Below, one piece after another: positions 62,201 to 64,000 of a stretch of 64,000 nt of DNA. Origin of the DNA: Podarcis muralis (taxonomy: Eukaryota); the NCBI RefSeq assembly GCF_964188315.1, contig NC_135667.1, positions 11,408,001 to 11,472,000 on the forward strand, in the 5' to 3' direction. The position numbers were made by a program, and so were the translations under genes. The first letter of the stretch is position 1, and each line of letters starts with the position of its first letter. Below the pieces are notes generated by a model. It saw only the letters and a program-made list of their open reading frames with translations. It was not told where the DNA came from and searched no databases.

Positions 62201-64000
62201 TGCTTTCTCTTAGATGGAGGCAATATCAGCTGAATCATATTCCTTACCTCTATAGTACTTGATAGCCATAAAATAGATGTACTTTCTCCATATATAACAA
62301 CTGCATTAGCTTTGCTTGACATGAAAGCTGGGGTCAAAAGCCTTGTGTCACCCACCATATGAAGTATGTTACCAGTGAAATGCAGATGGTATTCTATTTT
62401 TTCAGTGAATTCTGAACAGATTCCATTCTGGAAAAGCATTGGTTCAATGATCTGCAAGAAATGTTCTCCAGCTTCATTATTTGGAGTCATGAGCCCGACC
62501 CATTTCCATCCGAAATGCAGAAGTAACTGGATAATTCCTTTGTACTGAAGATCTTCATTGGGGACCATGCGGTAGAAGGAAGCAACTTTGATTTGATCAT
62601 TTGTGGCTGGTTCAAATGAACCATATGAAATCTGAAAAAGGAAAAAGCCAAACCTTTCCAAGTGGAAATAAGAATTCACAATGCACCTATTTTCTGAGTA
62701 TAAATCCTGTATATCCCATATTTACTAATCTTAGTCAGGGCCGACCCCCATCTACATAGAAAATATATTGCTCAAAAACCAAAGAAACAATATTGCTCAT
62801 TTAATTTTGTAGATATTAATTCCTATTATTATGGGAGTCATCACAGCTGCATACTTTTACACACAGATTCTCTCCAGGAACAGGAGAGCTTTTATCCTTG
62901 CACTGCCTTCAACAATACTCCAAAGTGGAACTGGAGAAATACAAGCAATTGATCATGTTCTTTTGGTCTATAATCTTGTAGAGAGAGGCTGATGGCATTT
63001 CTACTAAGAACTCTTGTGGGAGGATCTCCTGGAAATTCGGAAGATTTCCTGAATATTGTGCATTTTAATTTTATGTGACCACAATAAGCCATAACTTATA
63101 AAAGATGCAGAGATACCAAAGGAGCAGAAACGATTATTTATGTATGCGACTACAGCAGCACGGATACTACTGGCCCAGAGATGGAAAGAAGTCCCGACCA
63201 GAGAGGAATGGCTGCTGAAGTTGATGGACTACGCTGAAATGCTGAAAATGACCGGGAAAATCAGAAGAGAAGAACTTTAAAAAGGAATGGGAAAAAATCA
63301 TAATGGATTTAAGAGAACAAGGAAAACAACTAAAAACTCTGACAGGATTTGAATAATGCTTGTAATGTATGAAAACCTATGGTAAAAATGGAATAGAGAA
63401 AGTAAGAGAAACAGTTGGGGGGGGGGGGAAAGATTGATAATAGTAACCATGGAATGGTGGAAGGAATGGAAGGATTCAGGGGATCTTAAAGGATGATCCA
63501 GGAAAGATTAAGGCAACTAAAAAGTAGTCTAGTAATGCAGCAGAACAACACCATATTGGTAAAAATATATCCATCCCCAAATGCCAGAAAAATAACAAGA
63601 AATTTGTTTTCAATAAGCCTCTGAAAGTGGACAATACTAAAGATCATCATACCTGTGCAGGGAGGTACCCCATTTATAATATTGGAACATATCAAAAAAT
63701 CTTTCATTAAATATATTATACACACATTCTTTAGAACCTAGGTCCTTTCATGTACCCGGTTGGGTAATAATATTATACCTCCCCCCCAAAATTCCATAAA
63801 TTGCAACCCATTTCCCTTTTCCATTTTGCCACTTCAAATTTAGGAATCAACAGATTCCTAGTGTGAGGAGAAAAGAGTGAACTACGGCATGAAATATCAA
63901 TTTTTCAAAACCCATATTCTACCTGTGGAATCTTGTAAAGACCTAAGACATCTGCCATGGATGAGGAGGTGTCAGAATTAAGTCCCCCAATGACTCCTAC
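55385..64000 (-). CDS. V2R gene E (exons 3-6 and 3' part of exon 2; the rest lies right of the window)
   Basis: Exons 63923->64000, 61750-62631 (882), 59192-59419 (228), 56872-56998 (127), 55385-56286 (902); all open. Confidence 0.93.
56872..56998 (-). CDS. V2R-E exon 5
   Basis: 127 bp. Confidence 0.92.
57891..58249 (+). mobile_element. Sauria SINE (young subfamily), intron 4 of E
   Basis: Diagnostic tail GGCCCGTACGGGCAGGGGTACCTTTA. Confidence 0.9.
59192..59419 (-). CDS. V2R-E exon 4
   Basis: 228 bp. Confidence 0.92.
59445..60250 (+). mobile_element. L2 LINE fragment in gene E intron 3
   Basis: SCLDYCSAL...IQNTAARLV...LKELHWLP. Confidence 0.85.
61134..61486 (+). mobile_element. Sauria SINE (young subfamily), intron 3 of E
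   Basis: 13-bp TSD AGAAATACTGGAA; empty site in A at ~2831. Confidence 0.92.
61750..62631 (-). CDS. V2R-E exon 3
   Basis: 882 bp. Confidence 0.92.
63105..63480 (+). mobile_element. Degenerate L1 ORF2 C-terminal / 3' UTR fragment in gene E intron 2
   Basis: [19 protein letters not shown] resembles the L1 at 8384-9626; boundaries approximate. Confidence 0.7.
63923..64000 (-). CDS. V2R-E exon 2 (partial, cut by window edge)
   Basis: Encodes ...[24 protein letters not shown] followed by GT donor. Confidence 0.88.

Overview
Squamate (lacertid-type Sauria SINEs) genomic DNA carrying a head-to-tail tandem array of vomeronasal type-2 receptor (V2R, class C GPCR) genes on the minus strand. I label them A-E from left to right. 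A has exons 1-3 in the window (exons 4-6 would lie left of it). B and C are complete, intact six-exon genes (880 and 883 aa). D has intact exons 2-6, but exon 1 and its promoter are missing at a deletion junction. E has exons 3-6 and part of exon 2. Introns and spacers are full of Sauria SINEs, L1, L2, CR1 and Penelope-like fragments, Tc1/mariner-type MITEs, a solo LTR and microsatellites, and there are two N gaps. Most notable: a ~2-kb non-autonomous L1-type retroelement with a single 209-aa coiled-coil ORF (two independent insertions), the headless gene D, a MITE carrying a CpG-rich 109-bp double-hairpin tandem array, and several short templated insertions and mosaic paralog relationships. 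Exon coordinates and TSDs were read by hand; family assignments come from sequence recognition, not database searches.
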